Shown here piece by piece: positions 38,422-50,155 of a stretch of DNA of 64,000 bases; position 1 is the stretch's first letter; every line of letters begins with the position of its first letter. The stretch comes from Klebsormidium nitens. Lineage: Eukaryota; Plantae; Klebsormidiophyceae. Location of the stretch: assembly GCA_000708835.1 (NCBI GenBank), contig DF237172.1:71862-135861 (forward strand). Direction: 5' to 3'. Under the pieces are notes generated by a model. It was not told the DNA's origin. It ran no database searches and saw nothing but the letters and a program-made list of their open reading frames with translations. The position numbers and the translations under genes are program-made.

Positions 38422-41400
38422 ATGAGGGTTGTCCTCAAAAAGCTGGGCTTGAAACGCGGCAAGAAGAACGAAACCAAGGAGAGCCTTGAAGCACAGCGTC
38501 TGGCAGGAGGCCCGGGCAATGTGGAAGAGAGCCAGTCGGGAGCAATTGAAAGCGACTTGAAGGTAGGAACTGTCCTCGGAATTGATGTCTTGCCTGTATA
38601 CGACATGGAGCTTGACGGTCGAATCAATCTTTAAGCTCTGTCTTGCAACATCAGAAATTTGTGCGCTGGCGGTCTGCATGGCTAGACAAATGCAACATAG
38701 TGAAGAATTGGTGCAAAGTGTCTGGGTCCTTGTGCTGTTCTTCTATATTGAGAAGGTTGCAGGTTGTCCTTACAGTGCCCTTTGTCAGCCAAGGCTGTCA
38801 CAAGTGGGAACCTTCACTTCAGCTTGATAGAAGAGATATGTTTTCATAAAGCTGCTCATTTTGTGGCTTGGCAGTTATTTCAGTCACTGTGAGCTGATTC
38901 TTGGGAGAGGTCTTGCAAGGTTATCTGCCTGTACTTCCAGACAGGGGTTCTTTCCTGGTCACTCATGTTCAATAGCAACGTTACTCTTTGACCTTCAGCT
39001 TCGATGCCCGTTAAGTTACACATTTTGTTCAAGATGTATAGCACAAGTGTATCTTTTGTTCATATACTGTCTGACTCGACGGCTTAATTGCAGTACAACC
39101 AGTCAATCTAGCCGCTCAAGAACTTAATTACATGGTAGAAGAGATTGCACAATAAGCAAGGTTCTTCAACTCCCATCTTCAGGCGAGTTCTCCAGCACCA
39201 GAGATGGAAGAACCTCAAGCTACTCCCCCCCAAGGCACCGTGCAGAACCAGTATGGGGAGGTTTTCACAGATGAATTCCAGGGCCCCGACACTTCCTCCC
39301 TGACCGCATTCCTGGTCTCGCTCCTTTCTTACACACCCGAACCCCCTGAGAGGCTCCGGCCCAGCCAGCCAGCCTCGCCCCGCTCCCCGGAAACCCCCCA
39401 AAGAAGGAGCTCTTTCAAAAAGACAGCTCTCGAATATGGGGAGCTTTCTCAAGGGGCGGGAACAACCGCACGGACGTCAGCTGAAAACCAGGAGCTCTAC
39501 TCGCGGGTGCATGAAACGGCGGTCCGTGCGCACGAAGCGGTTGCACGCGCAGAGGAGGCCATCAGCACGAGCCGGGTGCGTCCTGACGGCCCAGGAGCCG
39601 CCTCTCAGGGGGGTCCCTCTGCCATGGAAACTACCCTCCTGGAAGAAGAATGTCCCACCCCCGCTGCTCGAGCGCACGAGGCGGCACTCCGAGCAAAGGC
39701 AACTGCGGCGAGAGCCGCACGAAGCGAGTCCCCGCCGGAAGAAACCGACTGGCAGGTCGTGAACGAGAAGGACGTCCCCAGCGGCACGGGGTTCTGGCAC
39801 CCGTCTGAGATCGGGGCCCGTTCGCACCACCACATGCCGGGCAAGATCAAGACTGTGGCCCAGCTGGTGATACCGAGCAAGGTGGTCCCGAGGAGTGACA
39901 TCGAGCCCCCGAAGAAAAGTCCGCTGCGGAAGCCGCCTGAGCTGTCAGAGCCATCGGTGATGCTGACGGAAGGGACACGCTCGCTGCTGTGCACGGCACT
40001 CCCGGCACTGGCCATGGGGCGGCAGTGGGTGCTTCTGTACAGGTAAGAGGAGGGAGTGGTGAAGTGTTATCTTATGAGGGAGGGCTGACAAGGGGCTGGT
40101 TGCGGCAAGGAGCAGGAAGGCAATAGTGGTGGGCTCGTCTCTGCCTGTTGATGAGGGTTTCCAACCTGCAAATCGTTTTGCCAGGAGCATTTAGACAGTC
40201 AGTCAATGACGCCTGGATGATGTTTGTACCTCTACCCAAATGGCAGATATCATTCGCTTCTTTTCCCTACAAGCTGCTGCGATGACTGGGATGCGCCTCG
40301 ATTGTTCTCTGCTCGCAGTCAGCTGTTGCATTCCGCATGGTTCGACGTGTTTCCATGTGAATGTCACGACCTTTGTTGGCAATGAGCATTCACCCACGCA
40401 TTTCAATGGGAGTTCACTACAGAGCAAGGGATGCCCCGCGCTTCATTACAATCTGAAACCAAGACTTCTCACTCCCGTGGCTTTCTTATGCAGCACTGAA
40501 CGCCACGGCATCTCGCTCCACACCCTGTATAGAAACAGCACCAACGATGGTGGAGCGACGCTGCTGGTGAGTGCAATCGGCCTGCCTGTGAAAATATGCG
40601 CTGAGACTGCAACGGTATTTCTGGTTCTCATTCTGTCGACAAGAAGCAGCTTGCGTGGACAGCATGCAAAGGCTGCAACGTGCATTCTCCATGTTATTGC
40701 CTTATACAAGGATACGGCCTCCGCAATCAGACCAGTCTCGGGGGAGGCCCGTTGACCGGTTTCTGTACCCGTATTACTTTTTTGGTCACAAGAACGAAAG
40801 AAACGGGTCCCCTTCATATAAGAGCCACTGACTCGGTTGCGGAGGTGTCTTTTGATAGGTTTGTTGTCGACAAGACAGTTTGGGAGCTCATTTGCCGGGC
40901 TTGGAATCAATAAGTCACCTTCAGTGGATTACCTGAGCTGAGATGAACGAACTTGGTAACCGTACATCTCCCAGGGACCCGAAAATCTGCATGTACTGGC
41001 CCTGGAGGTGAGAGGCTAGAGATCTGAGCAGTGTCCACTCAACGCAGAACCTTATTTGCAACCCAGAAAAGCCAGTATCACTCGTGCATGACGTCACATG
41101 ACCCCCTGCTCGCAGGTGGTCCAGGACAGTCACGGCGCAATTTTCGGGGGCTTCTCGTCGCAGCCATACAACCCGTCCGTTCGTCACAAGTATCAGGGCG
41201 GTAATGACTCCTTCGTCTTCTCGGAGAAGAACGGGGAGGCGACCCTCTATCGCTCCACTGGTGAGACGCTCGTACCCTGCTGTTGGGAATGGAACTCTGG
41301 CTTTATCAGTACGTCCTGCTCTAAGACCAAGCTTCGAGCACCACTTTCCCTCTTAACGATTTTCTGTGGTGATCGCACGGGCCTTAGTCTGTTCACTGCC

Positions 41401-42464
41401 TTGCGAGTGGGTCTTGTCAAACCTTTTCAGAGTCGTGAGTCTATTCTGCTGGTCGCTTTGCAAGCCCTTCGGGCAACTAATGAAACTTCAGAACTTAAGC
41501 GCGTTGCAAGCATGGGGTCAGGGCACTTCAAGTTCAGACGACTGTGGTGCCGCAGAGCGCTTGTTCCCATCACATTCGTAAAGAGTGTAAAGTCAGTGGC
41601 CGTGCCCATTGCCACCACACACGCCAGGCTTTTCAGAGCGCTCTGTCCTTCTCTTGCCGCAGGCGAGAACCGCTACTTTTTGCTCTGCACCAACGAGGGC
41701 CTAGCGTTTGGAGGAGGCGACCACTTTGCTCTGAGGATCGACGAAGAACTGTGAGGCATCGCTGGCGCTTGAACCTGTTGTGCGGCTTTTTCGATGACGT
41801 CGTTTCGACAGCCAAGAAATATTGGCGAAATTCCTGTTGATTGTTGTGGTGACAAAGGGCTCTGAGGCGCTGCACTTGTCGGAGAGATTTTGGAAGACGA
41901 GAATATTGAAGGAGAGGCAAAGCTGCGTTTGTCCAAGGGGTCCGTTTTTAGTATTGAGAGATTTGCTAGGCGGTGCATTCGGCTAGCGCCACTATAGGAG
42001 CCACTTCAATGTTGGATGCTAGTTCAAAAGGTGGTTGAAAAAAGCCTCACGATGATTCTCCCCTTCCAGGTTGCATGGGAGCAGCGGCCCCTGTGCGACG
42101 TTCGGCAGCCCTTGCCTGGCCCACAGCGAGGAGTTTGACATACGCTATGTCGAGGTGAGCTTTTTCAGCCATTGTCGACGTCCGGCCGCATATCATTGGC
42201 TGCATCCATGAGCTTTCTGCCAGTACGGTTGCTGCATCTGAAAAGAATCAGTATTCCATCCATGAATTTTGACCTTGGTTATTCAAAGAGCGAAGCGGCA
42301 ATCCTGGCGATCGATTGCACTGACTGCTTTGCATGTGATTGGTCGGTTTTGAGTTTTGGGCCTTGTCGCAGTGATGGACAGGATCCTGGTTTGTGACATT
42401 AGTCATCGTGCAATCGCAGGTTTGGGGCTTTGCGCACGTCAGAAGGCTCAGCACTCCAATCTAG
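38422..42464 (+). CDS. TLDc-domain protein (plant oxidation-resistance OXR/TLD family)
   Basis: Exons 38422-38562 (tentative first exon), 39183-40042, 40494-40566, 41116-41260, 41663-41750, 42070-42154, 42420-42464; phases consistent. TLDc motifs QWVLLYSTERHGISLHTLY, GAIFGGFSS, KYQG, SFVFS, LAFGGGDHFALRIDEELLHGSSGPCATFGSPCL, EEFDIRYVEVWGF. N-terminal PDTSSLTAFLVSLLS resembles, from recall, plant OXR proteins. The 5' end is less certain. Confidence 0.85.
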
Positions 42465-44167
42465 AAAGCACTTGCCGGGGCCACGATCCATGTACAGTAA
42501 ACCAAAAGGCCGCACTTTACTGCAGAGGAAATACCTCCTTACTCCGCTTCAGTTTAGATTGTTGTAATGTTGACGCCTGCCGGAGAGTTCGGCGGCGCAT
42601 GAGAGAGCGTCACGTCCGCAACCTGGATGTGCCGATCCGTGTACATGTTGGTTGTGCTTACTGATTTGTTGCCGAGCTTTTATAAGGACGGTCGTGACAT
42701 GCTTGCGGCCTGTCAAAGTTTTCTTAGTCTTCCTCCTTCAGCCACGCATAAGTGGTGCTCAAACGTTTGCATTGATACGATAGTACGGTGCAACGAGTCA
42801 CGTAGTATATCCTGCCGAACCGATACAATTGTAAGACTAGTGCATATATGCCAGTTGTACGTTCGTCCGCCAACTGGGTGGTTACCTGCAGCGGTCTCAG
42901 TTGGCAGATAGGACAGGATTGGGCGCGAGCTCCATGCCGTGCATGCGATCAGGCCGGCTCTACCAATGTGAAGCATAAGAGCTCGCTTTATACTGATATA
43001 CATGTGCTGCGCAGGGTACTAAAAGTCGTAAAATCGATCATGGATGATCGGATCTGATCGCGGGGATCGTCTATATCTGAGATGCCGTGTGCACATCACA
43101 ATGATGACCTATATTGCTGCCATGTGCCATCGTCTAATGCTGCGCAAGCGTCTTCCACCATCAAATCAGTGCTAGCGATGCACAGATATCCGTTCTCCGA
43201 ATTGGCTTCATGCATATTGCAGGACCCGCAGCGCGGCGCCTGATAACTTGTCAGCGCCCTTGATTGCACCACCGCGTGCAACTGCAGCACAATGAGGCGG
43301 CGCATATACAGATGAAACCGGCCTCGATAAGAACGATGTGTGAGGCCTGCAGGAAAGTCATTACCGTGGGCTGCCATTTTGCGAACCTATGCCGTGATGC
43401 CACTTGATTGGACCATCGAATAACCTGGTTCAAAAAGGGTAGAACCGTTCAGTCCTTCAGTCAAGCTGTTCTGCAAGCTTCTTTGAAGCTCGCATAGGTC
43501 TTGCGCCGACCGGCCCGTCCTTGTGAAGGACAGATCGGAAGTCTCGTTCTTTACTGTCACCGGCCATCCAGCGGCCAAGCTTTTCGCGGTTTTTTGTTGA
43601 GCAGAAGTCCACCCAAGCCGGTTTTGCGAATTGGACGAGCCCACGATGCAAAGTAGCTTCTTTGGACTGTGGCGGCTGTCTCGCTCTCAAAGTAAGATCG
43701 AGGGTCTTGCCACTAAGAGAGCGAGCCCGGCAGGCTTGAGCATCAAATATAAGGCCATTCGACTTGCTGGATTCAGCGCAGATTCGCATCTGTGCAGCTT
43801 CGGTGGATTTTCGATTCCAACCGATCCTTTATTCATATGTTGATGGGCTTACACGCAGGGTTTTCAGCCTGCTTTTGCGACAATGGTGTAGGGTTTTCGC
43901 TTTTAGCTATTCTTATCCGGATTTCTCGGTTGCCATTTCCAATACCGCAGACCGAAATACCGAAAAGAACCCACTTTGAACGGATGGCTTCTTCCACAGG
44001 CTGCCTCAATCCCCAAATCAATCCTGCGCGCTTGTGACACGAATTTGACAAGCAATTGGTTGCTCCGCAGCCGGCATGGTCGAGCAAAGTTTCAAAATTC
44101 CGCTCAAGCAAACTTTACCAGTACAGAACCCAATGTAGAGTATCAGTTCGTGACGAAGGAGATTATG

Positions 44168-44245
44168 CCCGGGGACCGGGTGGGTCAGGGTTGGGGTTAC
44201 GTTGGGTACGGGTGCGGAGCCGGCAGATTTTGGGATTCGGGTTTG
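44168..44245 (-). repeat. Dispersed ~80-bp repeat, copy 4 (upstream of the CCCH gene, inverted)
   Basis: The reverse complement reads aaacccgaatcccaaaatctgccggctccgcacccgtacccaacgtaaccccaaccctgacccacccgg. Confidence 0.75.
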
Positions 44246-45065
44246 CGTGTTGAGTGCGCGGTAGATCATCCTGACCTTATCCAATTCTGATGATGTACAT
44301 AACAAGGTGGCCAGACTGGCTTCGAACCTGGCTCTGACGAACAGACTTCAAGACGGTGCATGGAACCCGTGTCTTGAGACTCGTGACAATCCGCTCGATG
44401 GGTCGAAGTTTGCATCGATCAGTTCGGCTTGCACGACTGTCCTGCTCGAGCATGCTGCCAAAACCCGTTTCAAGAATGGCGTCACTTTCTTGTCGCGTGC
44501 TTGTCAAAGAGGACCAAATGAGCAAAGCATCTGTCAGGAAGCACATGAACTTCAGAGACGCACTGGAAAGGTCGGCCTGTTCTGACATTAGCATGTACCG
44601 TTGCACATGCCGCCCTCAATTCCCGCTCCTTACTTCAGGGAAGATGCACTAGGACTATGCGCAGTCTTTGACTGGTTCGTTGGAAGACCAGAAACAACTC
44701 TAATAAACGCATGCTCCTCGGCGTCATTATCCAGGCTTCACCTGAGAGGCTTACCGTAGTCGCAAACCGTTCCTTCGATCCATTCTTTCTGCTCCCTTCA
44801 ACATTCAGTAGAGAAACCTCAGGGCGGTTTGCAGGTTGCATAGGTTGCCGCAAGTTGCTCCAATCACCCTCTTTCTCCCTCGAACAACCCCTTCCTCCTT
44901 TCGAAGTTGGTCTGCTGCTGTTGCATGTAAGGTAAACCCCCTGATTAGCAGGGTCCCCAATTCCTTGGTTAACAATCCATTCTCGGGCTCTTCGAACGCC
45001 CCCCTCCGTGTCTTCCCAGGCGCCTTTTTCAAACCCCCCTAGAGTTGGCAAACAGCAAGGAAGAG

Positions 45066-48000
45066 ATGGAAATTGGCGGTCCGCGCTACTTGGGCGATCC
45101 AAGCCTCGGGGACCTCGACGCGCACAGCCTCTCGCAGGCCTTCCACCGCATGCGCATCCAGCAGCAGGTGGCGCTCCAAACCGAGCGCATCCTGGCCCTG
45201 AGAACTCCCCCCGGGGGGATCTCCAGGGCAGATTACGCGGGCTGGGAGACGCCCTCGCCGCCGCACACACCGATCGGGGGATTTCACCGGGCGGAAAGTC
45301 CTGTCTCACCGTTTGTGAAGAGTCTTGGAATGGGAGGAGGGAGCACTTCGCCTCGCTCTGTGGTGGACGCGCATGTTGCGGAGGCGTATAAGAAGCTGTT
45401 TGGGGAGGAGCCTTTCGGCAGGGACGTCGCCAGTCCGGGGATTCGCGGGAGAAGCGCGCCAGGTGGGTTTGATCTTCATCTTTCTTCAGGCCTGTGAGTG
45501 GAGGGGCTGATAGCATTGCTAGGCAGGTGGACTGGGGTAAATGTTCTTGGGATTATTTGCGTTATTGTGAGTTCCTCTGTAGGCTGTTTGCTATTTGGTG
45601 TGAGGAGAGAAACAGATAGAGATTGGTTTTGTGAAGGTTTGTCGATTGGTGGATTCAGCGACGGAGGCATTCTGAGTTGGCTTCTCAATAAAGTATGCCA
45701 AGAAACACCAGAGTTGTCATAAAAGCTGCTAGGGTTGATCTGTGTTCGAAGTAGAAAATGTTAGGCCAAGTGCCCGGTTTTAAGAGCAGTAGGGAATCAC
45801 GATTATCAGTCTGTCCAATCATGGAGTCTGTAACATCATCGGTCTCAAGATCTTCTTCCGTTGTATGTTTTACTCATTGAAGCGAGGTTCACAATCAGAC
45901 AAGATGGGGGGCTTGTGATGCTAGAGAACAGGGACAAGGGGTAGTTCATAAATCCTCTGCTATCTGTTATTTACTCTCTAGTCACGAGGACAATTTAGCA
46001 ATCAGGCTGAACATCCTGAATAATCCAAAGCAGCATTCCGCTTCATTGAATCATTCACTTCTACGACTGGACTCTCTCCCTTCCTCAACCTTTGCAATCA
46101 ATTGTCTTCCCTCACCAGATGAGATAATATTTGAACTTGCGAAAAAGAATTTCCCGCAAAATTTGCTGATCTGTTTTGTTTCGAGGTCATTATGCAAATT
46201 CTGCAAATGTGTCTTTAGACAATTGTGCCGTTTCAAAGTTATGGCATTCTTGTGAAAGCATAGAAAGGGTTTCTTGGTAGGCGGGAGGATACCGTATCCT
46301 CAAATCTGCGGAGGCGGCTTTGTTAAGTTTAGACCCAGAATGTCTTCTTATTGCTTGTCTGAAACCCAGTTACGATACAACCTCTCCTTTCGAAAAACCC
46401 CTTCCTCTCTGCTTTTCAAGTCTCTGAATCAGGAGGGATTCTCAAGTTCAATCTTTTCGAATCAAGCGCTCCTAAGCTGCGTGGTTGATCCTGCTGTCGC
46501 GAACCTGAGGAATCAATCCAGAAGACCGAATGTGGAATACATTGGTACTTGATCCCGATATCAAGGAGTCTGGTTTCGACCGCCCGTCTTGAATTGTGGA
46601 CATAGCAACAACGCTGAAGCTGCGAAGTACAGCAAGCATCAATTCAGCCATCTTTGATGTTCGTTGGTTCCATCATCTTTCAATGATCTTTTCATGTCTC
46701 CTCGTTTCGATAGCCGTTCTTGATCGCAAAAGAATTTCGTCCAACTTCTCTCGAATGCAACCGTTACACTTCTTCGTGAACCCGCGTCTACAGATTTTGT
46801 CAACCTCTTCCGGTATCGTGTAACCCCTCGTCTTTCGAAAGTCTCCTATCAACTAGCCTCTGCTTATACCCCCTGCTCATCTCGTATACTCACCTCGTAT
46901 TCATACGCCCGCAGGTCCCACCGATGCCGTCCCCAGCCTGTCTCTGCCCCCGGCGCAAGTCGACCTGTTCCTCCACAACCAGCTGATTCTGCGCGAGCTG
47001 CTGCTGCGCGACCCCGCGCGCGCGGCCGCGCTCCTGGGCGGCCTCGGCTCGCCCAAACCCTCAACCCCTGGGACGCCACGTGGGCTGGATGCCGCCGGCA
47101 AGCTGGGGCAGCCGCAGGCGCAGAACAGTTTGTACAAGACGGAGCTGTGCCGGTCATGGGAGGAGACCGGGGCGTGCCGCTACGGGGCCAAGTGCCAGGT
47201 ATGAAGAACACCGGGCGATTTGGACGCTTTCTGTCTGGTTTGACTCCGTTTTTATATTTGGTGCGGAGCTTCGAAGGCGGCGCGAGTTGAGGGGGGAAAT
47301 TGCGAAAGGAGAGCGGTGCTTGCCGCTACGGGGCCAAGTGCCAGGCGAGAGGGCGACCGGGGGAGTCAACGGAGGGGGAAGTTTGTCGCCCGCTTGAGGG
47401 GTTCTGCGTTTGGCATGACGCCTCGTCAGATTCGAGAAGTTTCAAGGCGAGTTGAACGCTTTCTGTCTGGTTGAGTCCGTTTCACTTTTCTGTGCGGAGC
47501 TTCGAAGGTGGCGCGAGTTGAGGGGGCGAGTTCTCGAATGGTCTTCGATAGGTTAGGGGGTGCTGCTCTGACCGTCGATTCCGACTGACTTGCCCTCCTT
47601 GATTGGAACAGTAATTCGATTGAAACACCGGAAACGTAGCCATTCCCGTTCGCTTTAAGCGCAGACTGAAAATGCCTGCAGTCCTACACAGGCCTTGTGA
47701 TTCCCTATGTTATGATTGAATTTCAAAACGGCGGCTGGATCGCTGCAACAAACGCCTTTGTTCAGAGTCCGCGGCTTCTTTTAGATGAATGAAACTTCAT
47801 CCACTTGCTCAGAAAAGTCTCCAATCTGGTTCTTCGGCATATTGAGTCTGTCCATCAACATCGACCCGGGAGTTCTAAACTTTGGGTTTGTGTGCAGTTT
47901 GCGCATGGCAGGGAGGAGCTTCGCGAGATTCAGAGGCACCCCAAATACAAGACCGAGGTGAGAAACTCGAACGCTGTTTAGGTGGTCATATTCAGCTACT

Positions 48001-48474
48001 GACGAACCAAGTGGAACCTTTCAGAGATGGTGGAGGCTGTCTCCCCTCCTCTTTGCTGTCTCCAAACAGATCAAGTGTCGGTTGGAAATGAGCGATTGGA
48101 TGCGAGACTTCGGAGCAATCGTGGGCCCTTTTGCAGAAATGTTGGATCTTCCTGCTGTTAGCCACTCTTGACGATACGAAACCTTTTGGACGCTCTTCTG
48201 CTCGACAGCTGGTTCCCTCTTTAAAATCAACCTTCGCTTCGCCGGCTGACGTCACCTTGTGCGCGCGCCGCAGATCTGCCGCACGTTCAGCACCAACGGC
48301 ACGTGCCCCTACGGCACCCGCTGCCGCTTCATCCACGGCTCCGCCCCCCCGAAAAAGGACGCGCCGCTCGCGCGCAGTTCTTCGGGCGGCAGACGGTTGC
48401 CCATCTTCGCGACCCTCGCGCCCGAGGCCGCGGCCGCGGCCGCGGCTGCGGCGGCTGCGCCCATCAGGGGCTAA
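45066..48474 (+). CDS. Tristetraprolin/ZFP36-family tandem CCCH zinc-finger RNA-binding protein with C-terminal NOT1-binding-like motif
   Basis: Exons 45066-45462, 46915-47198, 47898-47957, 48274-48474; phases consistent. [25 protein letters not shown] and [26 protein letters not shown] are two C-x8-C-x5-C-x3-H fingers with an 18-residue linker; RRLPIF lies near the C-terminus. Start codon is inferred. Confidence 0.92.
47219..47525 (+). repeat. Duplications in CCCH-gene intron 2, including an exact 24-nt copy of the exon 2 end followed by GC
   Basis: tgccgctacggggccaagtgccag at 47175-47198 (followed by GT) and 47321-47344 (followed by GC). The intron segment gacgctttctgtctgg...gtgcggagcttcgaagg.ggcgcgagttgaggggg occurs at about 47219-47296 and 47452-47525. 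Confidence 0.9.
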
Positions 48475-50155
48475 ACCCTTAAACCCCGAACCGTCAGAAG
48501 GAGTGGTTGAGTGGACCTCCTGACGCTCAAGGGGACGTTGGCTGGAACGTTGACAGGAGGAGGTACTTGCGAAAGGGTTTGGTAGTTGTCAGGCAGGGTC
48601 AAGGACAGGGTTAAGAAGTGTTAAAGACAAGGTTAAATAAAAGCCGGAGTAGAAAGCCGGGAGTTGGAGACGCGACTCGGTTGTCAGGCGTTGCCGGGGA
48701 CGTTTTGCCAGGGCCGTCGAAGCGGGCCGTGGACGCTTTGGCTGTAAAGGGTTTCGACGGGGCCCCTCCCGGGGAGGCCTGGGTCTCCAGTTTTGAGGAG
48801 GCCGTAGATATGCAAATAAGGGGCAGACGCTCCTTTCCAGTTGCTTTCTTTATTGGACAAAGAGGGGGGATGAGTGCGGTCTGCGCGCTCGAGGGTCGGA
48901 AAGTGCTTCTGAGCTTGTACTAGGGAAATACGCACTTCGCGAGTGAACGATTGTCGGTCTGACGTCGCAATACGTGATGGGAATCAATCCGCTGCAGACG
49001 TGTACGTAAAAAGATTCGGTCGGAAGGAGTATGGTGGTTATGGTATTTGTATTTGGTTATAGTAATGACCAGAAAGTGTGTGTCCCGTATAAGGGAATCC
49101 CGTCCCGTGCCGTAAGGCAAAACTCTAACGCAGCCAGTAGATGGACTGCTGGGGGGCCGTTATACGTAGGTAGATCAGGTGTCGTGGCCGGCAAGATACT
49201 AGGACTCTGGTGGGCAGTCAATCTTATTAACCAAAGCTTTGCGTACTTCTTCAAATTCAGTTCTTTGTCAGAAGCTGATTCATTACAACCGAGCCCGACA
49301 TGCATGGCTTACTTCAGAAAGTTCATACGGTACTTTCTATAGCTGGATGCAGTGTGAGTCAACAACATAGTGATACCTGGATTCCTACGGTCGAAGTTAC
49401 ATACAATGTTGTGGACTGAATCAGTGCGCGGTCAATTTTTTTCCGCAGGAGTGCATCCGTCTTTGCATCCACTCACGATGCACGCAACTTAAATTGGGCG
49501 GAGACAACGCATACATGCTTCTGCCACATGGTAACATGTAGTTTGCCCCAACCGCGTCGGGGGATCCGGCCTCAAAACGGGAATGCGCCCAGCGCAAAGA
49601 AGTTCGCGAAACATGCGGGCTATAGCATGCACCGGCCCCTAGCTGCACATGTGCTTGCATGACGGTGGCAGCCTCGGAGACTCATACAGGCTTACGAAGC
49701 AACATGCAAATACTCTAGCTGTGAACAAGCTTTGGCGTAAGTACACTTAATCCTTACAGTCGACACAATCAGGAAACCGGGACCTGCATTCGAGCAATGA
49801 TTATATTGCCACTCTGAGGGCAGATGTGGTGGTTGGAATCGGTCGCGTTGACTCACCGGCTGGATAGCGCCCACCAGTCTGCCAGCAGACGCAGGCATAC
49901 AGATATCGATACACCGTACATATGCACACAGTTGCGAAGAACCATTTTTCATTTAGGCCACATTCGAGTAGATGTAGCAAAACCTCATACGTCCACATCC
50001 ATTGAACACATCAAGGCATGATCCAGTGTCTTTACTCGGTACTGCCAGCCAGGCAGGCACAGGGTATGGCACACAGATTTTTTATTTTTTATTTTTTACG
50101 CATATTCCCTTCAAGGATGTCCGAGCTGTTTCTGCCTGGTCCGCTTGACCCGACG

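Noticed and set aside
44286-44340. GGCTTCGAACC tRNA-like loop, and TGATGA..CTGA C/D-box-like pair
   Set aside because: No cloverleaf (stems do not pair); the C/D spacing is short with a weak terminal stem.
44635-45516. 293-aa minus-strand ORF
   Set aside because: Overlaps the GC-rich CCCH exon 1 in antisense and has no recognisable motifs.
46081-46820. Protein-looking minus-strand frame in CCCH intron 1 (possible transposon or viral relic)
   Set aside because: Hand translation gives 9 stops in about 246 codons, close to random expectation, and no family motif.
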